From: Bacteroidota bacterium | Lineage (GTDB): Bacteria; Bacteroidota; Bacteroidia; UKL13-3 | Direction: 5' to 3' | Assembly (NCBI GenBank): GCA_947491825.1 | Contig: CANLLM010000002.1 | Span: 10,503 to 74,502 of the forward strand | DNA length: 64,000 nucleotides | Shown: piece by piece, positions 39,532 to 50,964 of the stretch | Numbering within the stretch: the stretch's first letter is position 1 | Layout: every line of letters starts with the position of its first letter | The notes under the pieces: model-generated | Database searches by the model: none | Told to the model about the DNA's origin: nothing | The model's input: the letters and a program-made list of their open reading frames with translations, nothing else | Position numbers and translations under genes: made by a program

Positions 39532-40473
39532 ATGATGGAGCGGGAAATTCATTCGTTAATTGCTTTGCTTGATGATGATGACCAAGAGGTACTTGACCAT
39601 GTGGAAAGTAAACTTTTATCATTAGGCAAAGAAGCTATTCCAATTTTGGAAAGCGGGTGGAGTAAACTGCAAAATAAAACCCAACAACATAGACTTTTAC
39701 AAGTAGTTCACCGTATACAATATACAGAACTATTAAAGGAATTTGGTGATTGGTACTGCTCATCTGAACAAGATCTGCTAAGGGGTATTTGCTTAATCGC
39801 ACGTTACCGGTATCCAAATTTAAATACACAAGATATTATTAACCAAATAGATAAAATCCGCTTAGATATTTGGCTAGATATGAACCACGATTTAAGTCCG
39901 TATGAAAAAGTACGCATTATAAACAGTGCTGTATACCACGAGTTAGGATTTAAGGGTAATACAGACAACTACCACGCACCTGAAAATTCGTTTATAAATG
40001 TAGTTTTAGAAACACGAAAGGGTAACCCCATTATGTTGGCGGTTATCTATATTTTGCTAGGACAAAGACTACACCTGCCCATTTTTGGAGTAAACCTACC
40101 TCAACATTTTGTTTGCGCATATAAAGAAGAGAATAAACTGCTGCTAATTAACGATCCATTTAACTTAAAAACGCAACACGATTACCGCGAAGGACGCGTT
40201 CTGTTTTACATTAATGCATTTAATAATGGTGCTGTTTTTAGTAAAGCCAATCTTGAACAGTTTTTAAGGCAAATTAAAATCGAACCACAACCCGATTATT
40301 TTGAAGCCTGTGGTAATTTGTCTATCGTAAAAAGAATTCTAAGAAACCTAGTGGTAGCATTTGAAAAACAACAAGACTCCGACAAGGCAAATGAAGTGAA
40401 AGAATTGCTATTAGCTATTGGCGAAACTTACTTTAGCTATAACGAAGAGGCACCACCAGAAGAAGAAGACTAA
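39532..40473 (+). CDS. Transglutaminase-like/TPR family protein (SirB1/UPF0162-like)
   Basis: 'RKGNPIMLAVIYILLGQRLHLPIFGVNLPQHFV' resembles the SirB1-type transglutaminase-like core. Acidic C-terminal tail. Confidence 0.6.
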   Translation: MMEREIHSLIALLDDDDQEVLDHVESKLLSLGKEAIPILESGWSKLQNKTQQHRLLQVVHRIQYTELLKEFGDWYCSSEQDLLRGICLIARYRYPNLNTQDIINQIDKIRLDIWLDMNHDLSPYEKVRIINSAVYHELGFKGNTDNYHAPENSFINVVLETRKGNPIMLAVIYILLGQRLHLPIFGVNLPQHFVCAYKEENKLLLINDPFNLKTQHDYREGRVLFYINAFNNGAVFSKANLEQFLRQIKIEPQPDYFEACGNLSIVKRILRNLVVAFEKQQDSDKANEVKELLLAIGETYFSYNEEAPPEEED

Positions 40474-40707
40474 AAACCAGTTAAGATCGTATTGTCGAGC
40501 GTTAGACCACTTAAATTGTATTCTGTTAGATTGTCTTTGTACCGTTTTAACTGCAAATGGATTTGAACGTTTCACTGGATTTATTTAATCATAAACTTAG
40601 CTCATTTATTACTGGGCTTAAGCTTATCGCCCAGTTAATTAACCTCTAAAACTTAATCTTCACAACATTAAACTCTTTTTCGTACTTTCGCGCCCTCAAA
40701 TTTGTAA

Positions 40708-42330
<1,623 letters not shown>

Positions 42331-42331
42331 T

Positions 42332-42360
42332 AAAAACGCCCCGAAAATCGGGGCGTTTTT
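42332..42360. terminator. Bidirectional rho-independent terminator
   Basis: Perfect 12-bp stem aaaaacgccccg / cggggcgttttt with a 5-nt loop between convergent genes. Confidence 0.85.
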
Positions 42361-44969
42361 TATGGATGTATTACTTCAATTTTTTTAACCGTAGTCCGCT
42401 GATTTATAGTTATTTTTACCAGATAAATACCCTGTTCCCAAGTTTTTGTTTCGCACTGGTGCAAGGTGTTTTCTGCTGTGGCCTCTAGTATTTTTGTACC
42501 CAATAAATCATATACAACAATAGTTGATGGTTGTTGGGTTTCTACAATGAGTTTTTGATTTGCAGGATTGGGATAGATAGAAGTATTGGAATTAACTTCA
42601 AAAGTATTTAATCCAACAGGAGGAACTGTTTGAAACCAACGAGGCGTAGACCAAGCACCAATAAGGGTATCAAGTCGGCCTCTTACACGCCACCAATATT
42701 TGGTACCAGGTTGTTGTCCCGAAAAATAAACCCCATTTGCAATGGTATTACCACTAGCTACTATGGCCGTATATTGTTCGTCAGTTGCTACTTGTGCATC
42801 ATAACTAGATGCATTTGCAGACGAGCCCCAACTTAAAGTAAGCTGCGTAAGTGGAATGTTTAATTGGCCATTTGCAGGCGATACCAAAATTGGTGTTCCA
42901 ATAACTGGCCTACCCACTGTGGTAAATGCACTGTATGCCGACCAACGGCTGGTATCGCGCGAGTGAAATGCACGTGCACGCCAATAATATTTCATAGAAA
43001 ATCCGCATAATGCAGTATCACCAGCTTGTTCTGTTCCTATTAAAGTTTTGGTTTGTGGTGTACCAAGCAGCGTATCGTTTAGTAATTGGTATTGATATCC
43101 AAAATCGCTAACAGAACCTTGAATACTCCAGCTTAAGTAAGGACGAATAGAAACAGCCGTTGCATTATTAACTGGAGTAAGTAACTGCATTTATGTGGTA
43201 GTTGAAAAACTGAATGAATTGGTCCACTTGGAGGTATCCATCCTATTAATGCATCTTGCACGCCAGTAATACGTTTTTTCAAAAAGTCTGTCGGTTGGCA
43301 AGTTTAAATTTACATACTGAGGTGTGAAATCATCTGGCATATGTAAATCGGTTCCTTGGGCTAACTCAGGCGAGTTAAATTGTGTTGTTGTATCTAATTG
43401 CCACTGCACCCGCTCAGAGCCGTTTATACCTATTATTAAAGCACCGGTACTTGTACCAATTCCTATCATACCATTTGGCGGGAAATAAAGTGAAGGCACT
43501 GTTTTGGTTTTAAAAACTCGAGCTAAAGAACGCTCAGCAGTATCATTTCCCATGATTTGGTAGGCACGCCACACAAATGTACCACCATATCCAACAGACG
43601 TATCTAGATAATAGTAAAAAGTTCCATCATATTTTAACGAATCGCTGCTAATAAAAAACCTTGTTGGATTAGCACTAAATACCGAGCCCGAATCAATTTC
43701 AATTACAACTTTATCAGCCCAAGTATCTTTGCGTACATAAAAACGCAACCTCACATCTTGATTAACTACATTATTACTTGGCTGACCTAAATTTATTTGC
43801 CCGGTATACGTTTTGAACCAAGTGTTACTCCATGCTGTTGTATCTAATGCATGCATGTGGCGCAAGCGCGTATAATACTTAGTATTTAGCTTTAAATTAT
43901 TAGGATATAAAATTGAGTTAGGCGTAGTTAAGGTATCTAATAACAGCAAGGTTAAAGCCGAATCGGCATAAAGTTGTAATTGACTGCTTGCACCTGTCCG
44001 TAATGCCCAATAAATGCTAGGTTTTAAAATAACCGTACTAAGTGCATTACCTGGCGATGTTATAGCTCCAACTCCATATACCAATGCATTGCGCACTAAC
44101 GACCATGCCGAAACATGATTACCAAACTTTGCTCTAATTCTAAAATAGTAGCGCCTATCAAACAATAAATTATACTGTGTATCTTGTGTGTTTACCGGAG
44201 CCAAAAAATTTGTTTGCAACCTCACCGATGAAAAATCTGCTGCAGTATCCCACTGTAACTCGACCATAGCCAAACTGGTAGTTGGCCAAGTTAAAATATT
44301 CCTAGGGTAGATATTTGCCGAAATGTTATTAAGTAATGGTTGCGTGTAAATAGTATAATTGGTTACATCAGACCAGTCAAGCGTATCGCCATCAATGTTA
44401 ATTGCTGTGCATGTCCAATAAAGTTTTCGTCCGAATTGAAATAAGGGAGTATCAATAAAATACGCATTAGGTTGTGTTTTAAAGACATACAATGGAGAGT
44501 TAAAAGTAGGTGATGTATCCACTTTAAATAAGTATGTTGCTTGTTTAAGTATGGTTACTGGATATGCGTTGAGCGTCCTGAGCGCTCCTGTAGTATTTGA
44601 TGCTGGGCTATTATTGATCATTTTAACACCAGTTGTAAAGTTGTATGTATCAGACCAGGCTGATGTATCTCCTGATTTGTATGCTCGTGCTCGCCAATAT
44701 ACTTTTAAGCCCTTACGGCATGAAGGGGAATAAGCACTAATGGTAGCCGAATGAACTGATTCCAAATATAGGCTAGAAAAAGTGATAACAGAATCAAATT
44801 GAAATTGATAACCCGTTGCTTGTGATACAGTATTTACTGCTACTGAAACTTAAAAAACTTTTAACTGCACACCTGATGTTGGCGACAATAAATAAGGTTG
44901 AGGCAAAAAAGCCCAACTAAAATTTAAAAAATAAGATATGCAAAAAACAGTGCCTATTAATCTTTTCAT
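42360..44969 (-). pseudogene. Repeat-rich (FN3-like modules) T9SS-sorted surface protein gene interrupted by two in-frame TAA codons
   Basis: One continuous frame of 870 codons runs from the ATG at 44969 to the stop at 42360-42362. It has a signal peptide (MKRLIGTVFCISYFLNFSWA) and at least 8 modules sharing 'Y(Y/W)WRAR…DTS.WS…F.T'. It ends in a T9SS CTD (…IYPNPANQKLIV…GIYLVKITINQRTTVKKIEVIHP). In-frame TAA codons lie at 44850-44852 (codon 40) and 43191-43193. The ORF track splits the gene into 43191..44765 and 42360..43190. Confidence 0.6.
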
Positions 44970-45045
44970 GATATTCGAAAGTACCGAAACTTTTAAGAGT
45001 TTATACTATTGTGAACAATGGTTTTTTGAATACATGATATCGTCA

Positions 45046-46932
45046 TTAACTTACCACACTGCCAAACTCAAATTGCATGTCGTTTAGTTTGCGGTAAAGG
45101 CCGTTGTTGGCCATTAACTGCTCGTGTGAGCCTTGCTCGGCTACCGTGCCTTTATCTATTAACACAATCTTGTTCGCGTTGCGTATGGTGCTTAAACGGT
45201 GGGCAATTACAAAACTGGTTCTGTTCTTCATTAAATTATCTAATGCTTCTTGCACCAATTGTTCACTTTCGCTATCCAATGATGAGGTGGCCTCATCCAA
45301 AATTAAAATAGCGGGGTCTTTTAAAATCGCTCTTGCGATGGCGATACGTTGACGTTGGCCCCCGCTTAATTTTATACCACGCTCTCCTACTATGGTTTCA
45401 TATCCTTCAGGAAACTTGCAGATAAAATCGTGGGCATTGGCTTTGCTTGCCGCATCGGCAATTTCTTCGGCAGTAGCGCCTAATTTACCGTAAGCTATAT
45501 TTTCTGCAATGGTGCCCCCAAATAATATTACATCCTGAGGCACAAAAGCCATTTGCTTACGCAATTGTGTTAACGGAAAGCTGATACCATCTTTATCATC
45601 AAACAAAATACTACCCGATGTTGGTTCGTAAAACTTTAACAACAAACTGGCTATGGTGCTTTTACCTGCACCGCTAGGACCAACCAAGGCTATTTGCTCA
45701 CCATTACTAGCCGTTAAGGTAATGTCTTTTAATACACTCACATCATTACGGCTTGGGTAACTGAATGCCACTTGTTTAAACGACACATTCCCTTTTAACA
45801 CATATTGCGAATCAATGGCAATTTGAGTAAGCTCTACAGGTTCGCCATCTGCACGTAATATTTCACGAACACTTTGGGTGGCTCCTAATGTTTTTTGCAA
45901 TTGACTAAACATATCTGCAAAGCCTGCAAAAGTGCCACCCACAAACATACTGAAGATAACAAACATGGTTAACGAACCCATGGTGAGTTCCCCGGTTTGA
46001 ATCATGTTTGCACCATACCACATTACAAAGGCAATGGCTCCAAACACACTAAAAATCATAAACGAAATAAATGCCCCACGATAACGTGCGTTGGCTATTG
46101 CTGTATCAACCACAGCATATACACTTTTTACATAACGTGAAATTTCGTATACCTCGCTGGTAAATGCTTTAACAATACTGATACCCTGAAACGTTTCTTG
46201 CACAATGGTTCCACTCTCGGCCAATTGATCTTGTGCTTTACGGGCCATTTTTCGAATACGCATGCCAAATACCACAGCCAAAACTGCAATTACAGGAACA
46301 ACAGCCAACATCACCAATGCCAATTTGGTACTGATCCAAAATATAAATCCTAAGCCAATTATTAGTGTGAAAATCCCCCTTAAAAACTCTGCAAGCGTAA
46401 ACGAAATGGCATCTTGTATTTGAGACAAATCTGAGGAGATGCGATTACTTAACTCGCCTACACGTTTTTCGGTAAAATAACTCATGGGCATACTCAGCAA
46501 TTTACTGTACACATCCCTGCGCATGTCTGCCAACGACTTCTCTCCCACTTCAGTTAACAAATACACCCGTAAAAAAGAAAATATAGTTTGAAAACCTAGC
46601 TGTACAAAAATTAAAATCAAGGTGAAATTTAAAGTCCATTTCACCTCTTTTAATCCTAACCCTTCAATCATACTTGGTGCACCACCCATCATTCCTGTTG
46701 AACTTCCGGGTGAAGCGGCATCAATCATTTTACCTAAAAAAAATGGGAACAAACTAGTTGTAAAAGCTGATAGTGCAATAAACACCATGCTTAATATAAA
46801 TTTGGTACGGTATGGTTTTAGGTAAGTAAATAAAACCAAAGCTTGCTTTAAACTCTCTTTGGATATTTTCACTTTCTCCCCTTCGTCTTTTTGTTTTCCG
46901 TTGCTATTAAAATTACCTCTTCCGCGTGCCAT
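45046..46932 (-). CDS. ABC transporter permease/ATPase fusion (MsbA-like exporter)
   Basis: Six-helix ABC exporter TMD, then an NBD with 'GPSGAGKST', 'LSGGQRQRIAIARA' and 'ILILDEATSSLD'. The ATG at 46932 (MARGRGN...) is preferred over the TTG at 46962. Confidence 0.88.
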   Translation of the reverse strand: MARGRGNFNSNGKQKDEGEKVKISKESLKQALVLFTYLKPYRTKFILSMVFIALSAFTTSLFPFFLGKMIDAASPGSSTGMMGGAPSMIEGLGLKEVKWTLNFTLILIFVQLGFQTIFSFLRVYLLTEVGEKSLADMRRDVYSKLLSMPMSYFTEKRVGELSNRISSDLSQIQDAISFTLAEFLRGIFTLIIGLGFIFWISTKLALVMLAVVPVIAVLAVVFGMRIRKMARKAQDQLAESGTIVQETFQGISIVKAFTSEVYEISRYVKSVYAVVDTAIANARYRGAFISFMIFSVFGAIAFVMWYGANMIQTGELTMGSLTMFVIFSMFVGGTFAGFADMFSQLQKTLGATQSVREILRADGEPVELTQIAIDSQYVLKGNVSFKQVAFSYPSRNDVSVLKDITLTASNGEQIALVGPSGAGKSTIASLLLKFYEPTSGSILFDDKDGISFPLTQLRKQMAFVPQDVILFGGTIAENIAYGKLGATAEEIADAASKANAHDFICKFPEGYETIVGERGIKLSGGQRQRIAIARAILKDPAILILDEATSSLDSESEQLVQEALDNLMKNRTSFVIAHRLSTIRNANKIVLIDKGTVAEQGSHEQLMANNGLYRKLNDMQFEFGSVVS

Positions 46933-47260
46933 GTATAAGTTATTTATATTAAAGTGCAGCAAAAAAACAGTATAATCAGTTAACCGTGAAACTTATTTTT
47001 AAAATAAGCATCAATATGTGCAATATTGAGCAGATTATGGTAGGCTTAAAAAAGATTGATGTTGTTCATTCAAGTCCCGTAATTCAATCCGATTAACGAT
47101 AATTCAAATGCTAATTATCTGTTTTTCGTTTAAAATAACAACCTACTAATTACTTTAAAAAATAACGACTAATTTTATTACGTTTAGTGTTATAATATAG
47201 AAATAAAAAATGCCTAGCAAGTTTTTAAAATGCAATTATTGTTAGTATGAATAATTCATA

Positions 47261-48460
47261 TTAATCGACATAATCCTGTAAGTAGCTGTATTTATCCATT
47301 AATTTACCTGCATGGGCAATGGTGGCATTTTCAATAATGTGTTCTTTGTCATCAATCAATAAGAATGGCAATACATGCCGTATTAGTTGTTCGCCAAATT
47401 CTCTTGATGCATCAATTGGTAACTCGCAGGGTAAATTACCCACTGCTTGTACATCAATGCTTTCTTTCCTGAAGGGGTCAACCTGGGCATTTAAAAATGG
47501 ATTGTAACCAAAATAGGGATCTTCAATGGTTGTACTTTTTATGGTGCTTGGTAAAGGGCCTGGAACATCGCAACTAATGTCAGAAATTACTTTGATATTA
47601 AAGTCGTTACCTTTCATTTCTTCGCGGGTAAAAAAAGGCTCAATACCTGCATGCCAGAAAACGGCATTAATAAATACATCGGCTATTTTGTAGTAAGGAG
47701 CAAACTTACTGCGGTAATCTTCGGGATGTTTGTAAAAATCAGATTTATCCCATTCTCGTCCGTCTTTACGTTCATAATAGTCTTCGCTGCGCAATTGCAC
47801 ATATACAGGGTGGTCGTATTGATTTTCTAAAAACTCCTCAGGGGTTACATGATGTATTTTTAGTTTTTTCATCACTTCTAATACCCCATGCGCAACACGT
47901 CCGTCACCACACAATACAATTTTCATGACTGGCAAAGTAATCTCGTTGTATTGCGCATACATGTCATTCATATCCGCACATTTATTGGCAGGCTTTAAAT
48001 AATAGGTGCCATATTTTTTACCCCACATTAATAAGGCGTAATGCGCACCAACGATGCCCGCATATCGACCAAAGCCAATGATACGGTTACCAACATCCCA
48101 CACCAATATTTCATAGTCAACAAGGGTTATTTTTTTCTCTAAAATAGCACGCAACAACTTACGATTATAGGCTTGTTTTTTAATGGTATGTGAAAAGAAC
48201 AAATACGTTTTGTTAGCAATCAACGCTTCTTGTGGCACTTCTTTTACGCCTAATAAAATATCTGCTTCAGTAATATCCTCCTTCACCTCAATACCCATAT
48301 TGCGGTATGATTCATCACTAAAACAACGTGAATCAGAGGTTTGAACAATAACTTTAACCCCTGGAAATTTCTGTTGAACTTCCACACAAGCTTGCGGTAT
48401 TAAAGGCGTACGCAAATCAGCAGGTTGCTTTTGTTCACGTATAATTGCGATAGTTTTCAT
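47261..48460 (-). CDS. Lysine-ketoglutarate reductase / saccharopine dehydrogenase-like (AlaDH/PNT family) oxidoreductase
   Basis: '[33 protein letters not shown]…LVDYE…[13 protein letters not shown]' matches the LKR-type N-terminal domain pattern. Size is 399 aa. Confidence 0.65.
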   Translation of the reverse strand: MKTIAIIREQKQPADLRTPLIPQACVEVQQKFPGVKVIVQTSDSRCFSDESYRNMGIEVKEDITEADILLGVKEVPQEALIANKTYLFFSHTIKKQAYNRKLLRAILEKKITLVDYEILVWDVGNRIIGFGRYAGIVGAHYALLMWGKKYGTYYLKPANKCADMNDMYAQYNEITLPVMKIVLCGDGRVAHGVLEVMKKLKIHHVTPEEFLENQYDHPVYVQLRSEDYYERKDGREWDKSDFYKHPEDYRSKFAPYYKIADVFINAVFWHAGIEPFFTREEMKGNDFNIKVISDISCDVPGPLPSTIKSTTIEDPYFGYNPFLNAQVDPFRKESIDVQAVGNLPCELPIDASREFGEQLIRHVLPFLLIDDKEHIIENATIAHAGKLMDKYSYLQDYVD

Positions 48461-48545
48461 GCATTGCGAAAGTAATGGAACTACAACTCAATACAAAAAA
48501 AGTTCTCCATTTGTGTTCCATACAAAAAGCTTATTTTCGCAACCA

Positions 48546-49841
48546 ATGATGAGTACTATAAATTTTGCTGAAGAGATGCGCTGGAGAGGCATGTTACAAG
48601 ACATGATGCCTGGAACCGAAGAATTACTGACCAAAGAAATGGTGAGCGGTTATATTGGCTTTGATCCTACCGCAGACTCGCTTCATGTGGGGCATTTAAT
48701 GCAAGTAATGACCCTTATACATTTTCAACGCGCAGGTCATAAACCATTTGCGTTGGTAGGCGGTGCTACAGGAATGGTGGGCGACCCCAGCGGGAAAAGT
48801 GCAGAAAGAAATTTACTAAACGAAGAAACTTTAAACCACAATGTGGCTTGTATACATGCGCAACTCGAAAAGTTTTTGAACTTTAATTGTGGCGCCAACA
48901 GCGCTGTTATGGTTAATAATTATGATTGGTTTAAAAACTTTAACTTTTTAGCGTTTATACGTGATGTAGGTAAACATATAACCGTAAACTATATGATGGC
49001 TAAAGATAGCGTTAAAAGACGATTAGAGGGCGACAACGGACTATCATTTACTGAATTTACTTACCAATTGGTGCAGGGTTACGATTTTTATTACTTGTGG
49101 AAAAACCATGGTATCAAAATACAAATGGGTGGCAGCGACCAATGGGGCAATATTGTAACGGGTACAGAGTTAATAAGAAGAAAGGATAGTGGTGAAGCAT
49201 TTGCATTAACTACACAACTCATCAAAAAATCAGACGGGACTAAATTTGGCAAAACAGAAGGCGGAGCAGTTTGGTTAGATCCTAAAAAAACATCTCCATA
49301 TAAATTTTACCAGTTTTGGTTAAATGCAAGTGATGATGACGCTAAAAATTGGATACGAATTTTCACCCTGTTACCTAATCAAGAGATTGAAAGTATAGAG
49401 ATTGAGCAAGCTGCTGCTCCTCAAACACGTACTTTACAAAAAGCGTTGGCTAAAGATATCACCACACGTGTACATGGTGAAGTTGAGTATAACAATGCAG
49501 TAGAAGCCAGCAATATATTATTTGGTAACTCAACTGCAGAAGTATTTGCACAATTAAACGAAGCAACTTTCTTAGATATATTTGATGGTGTACCTCAATT
49601 TAATGTTAGTAAAGCAGAATTGGAAGAAGGAATACTACCTATTGATTTTTTAGCCGAAAAGACAAAAGTATTTCCTTCTAAGGGTGAAGCTAAAAAAATG
49701 ATACAAGGTGGCGGTGTAAGTATAAATAAAGAAAAAATTGAGAATATGGACACCCCAATACATACTTCGTTTTTAATAAATGGCAAATACTTGATAGCAC
49801 AAAAAGGAAAGAAGAATTATTATTTGATAATTGCTATTTAA
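48546..49841 (+). CDS. tyrS: Tyrosyl-tRNA synthetase
   Basis: HIGH-type 'DSLHVGHL', KMSKS-type 'KFGKT', C-terminal S4-like domain. The ATG at 48546 ([10 protein letters not shown]...) is preferred over the ORF-track start at 48459. Confidence 0.95.
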   Translation: MMSTINFAEEMRWRGMLQDMMPGTEELLTKEMVSGYIGFDPTADSLHVGHLMQVMTLIHFQRAGHKPFALVGGATGMVGDPSGKSAERNLLNEETLNHNVACIHAQLEKFLNFNCGANSAVMVNNYDWFKNFNFLAFIRDVGKHITVNYMMAKDSVKRRLEGDNGLSFTEFTYQLVQGYDFYYLWKNHGIKIQMGGSDQWGNIVTGTELIRRKDSGEAFALTTQLIKKSDGTKFGKTEGGAVWLDPKKTSPYKFYQFWLNASDDDAKNWIRIFTLLPNQEIESIEIEQAAAPQTRTLQKALAKDITTRVHGEVEYNNAVEASNILFGNSTAEVFAQLNEATFLDIFDGVPQFNVSKAELEEGILPIDFLAEKTKVFPSKGEAKKMIQGGGVSINKEKIENMDTPIHTSFLINGKYLIAQKGKKNYYLIIAI

Positions 49842-49854
49842 TAAAATTGTTTGA

Positions 49855-49893
49855 AAAGACGCTTTAGTAGTATTAACTGCTGGAGCGTTTTTT
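49855..49893 (+). terminator. Rho-independent terminator after tyrS
   Basis: Stem acgctttag (49859-49867) / ctggagcgt (49879-49887) includes two G-U pairs, with an 11-nt loop, followed by TTTTTT. Confidence 0.55.
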
Positions 49894-49943
49894 ATACAAG
49901 CCCAATAACCAATGTTCAATAACCATCTAAAAAACATCACAAA

Positions 49944-50855
49944 TTACTTCATCTTATTTCGTTTGACTAAAAATGGCAATAAAACTTGGCTAAAATTATT
50001 ACCTACATTAGCTTCAATAAATTCAATTTTATACTGTGCACACTTTAATTTCAGTTGCTGTTGATGCTCATTTAATGCAGCTAAGTATTGTTGTTTAACT
50101 TGTGCAGGAAATAGCTTCATTTGTTCACCTGTTTCACTATCCACAAATAAATAAGGTCTGTTTACAAAGTCGAATTCGTTTTCGGTTTTATTATCCAATA
50201 CATGAAATAATACCACCTCATGCTTGTTGTATTTTAAATGTTGTAATGCAGCAAACAATTCATCTTTTTTTGATGCATCACCAAACATATCACTAAAAAC
50301 AATCACTAGCGATCTGCGCTGCAAACGTTCGGCTAAGCGATGTAAACTTTGAGCAATATTTGATATAGTTGGTTTATGGGCAGGCTTTAAAAGTTCTTCC
50401 ATTTTAGCATACAACATGCGTACATGAGTTTGTGAAACTTTACACTCACTTTGGTAATATAAATCTTCGTCAAATAATGAAAGTCCACAAGCATCACGTT
50501 GTTTACGAAGTAATTGCATCAGAGATGCTGCAGCAAAAACACTGAAACGCATTTTATTTAAACCCTCGGCAGGGTAAAACATACTGCCTGATGTATCAAT
50601 AACCAAATGACAACGTAAATTGGTTTCCTCCTCATAGCGTTTTACAAACAATTTATCTGTTCGTCCATATAATTTCCAGTCAATGTGTTTAGTGCTTTCT
50701 CCGCTATTATATATCCTGTGTTCTGCAAACTCAACCGAAAAACCATGAAACGGACTTTTGTGCAAACCAGTAATAAACCCTTCAACCACTTGAGTAGCCA
50801 ATAACTCAAGATTGTTCGTATTTAAAAGTGTTTCGGGCGATAACATATGTTGCAT
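49944..50855 (-). CDS. DUF58 (vWA-like) domain protein
   Basis: 'HKSPFHGFSVEFAEHRIYNSGESTKHIDWKLYGRTDKLFVKRYEEETN' is the canonical DUF58 N-terminal block, followed by a vWA-like region. Confidence 0.8.
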   Translation of the reverse strand: MQHMLSPETLLNTNNLELLATQVVEGFITGLHKSPFHGFSVEFAEHRIYNSGESTKHIDWKLYGRTDKLFVKRYEEETNLRCHLVIDTSGSMFYPAEGLNKMRFSVFAAASLMQLLRKQRDACGLSLFDEDLYYQSECKVSQTHVRMLYAKMEELLKPAHKPTISNIAQSLHRLAERLQRRSLVIVFSDMFGDASKKDELFAALQHLKYNKHEVVLFHVLDNKTENEFDFVNRPYLFVDSETGEQMKLFPAQVKQQYLAALNEHQQQLKLKCAQYKIEFIEANVGNNFSQVLLPFLVKRNKMK

Positions 50856-50964
50856 GACTGATAATTACTAGGCAAAATAAGACAAAGAAGTGAATTTATG
50901 CTTAATTAATACAAAGGTAACATAGGGTTAATCTGAAGCTAACAATTTCGTACAATTAATAACC

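Noticed and set aside
39167-39622. 151-aa minus-strand ORF spanning the topA 3' end
   Set aside because: It is the antisense of the Lys/Ala-rich topA tail, which reads as Phe/Leu/Ala repeats, and it overlaps two solid plus-strand genes.
42360-44969. Stop-codon (TAA) reassignment as the explanation for the two in-frame TAA codons
   Set aside because: Every other gene in the window has an uninterrupted frame, and many terminate at TAA at sensible lengths, for example the PqqD-like gene, the UT::M23 fusion and the large minus-strand ORF ending at 61269-61271. A genome-wide code change is not supported. Pseudogenisation, strain polymorphism or sequencing error is more parsimonious.
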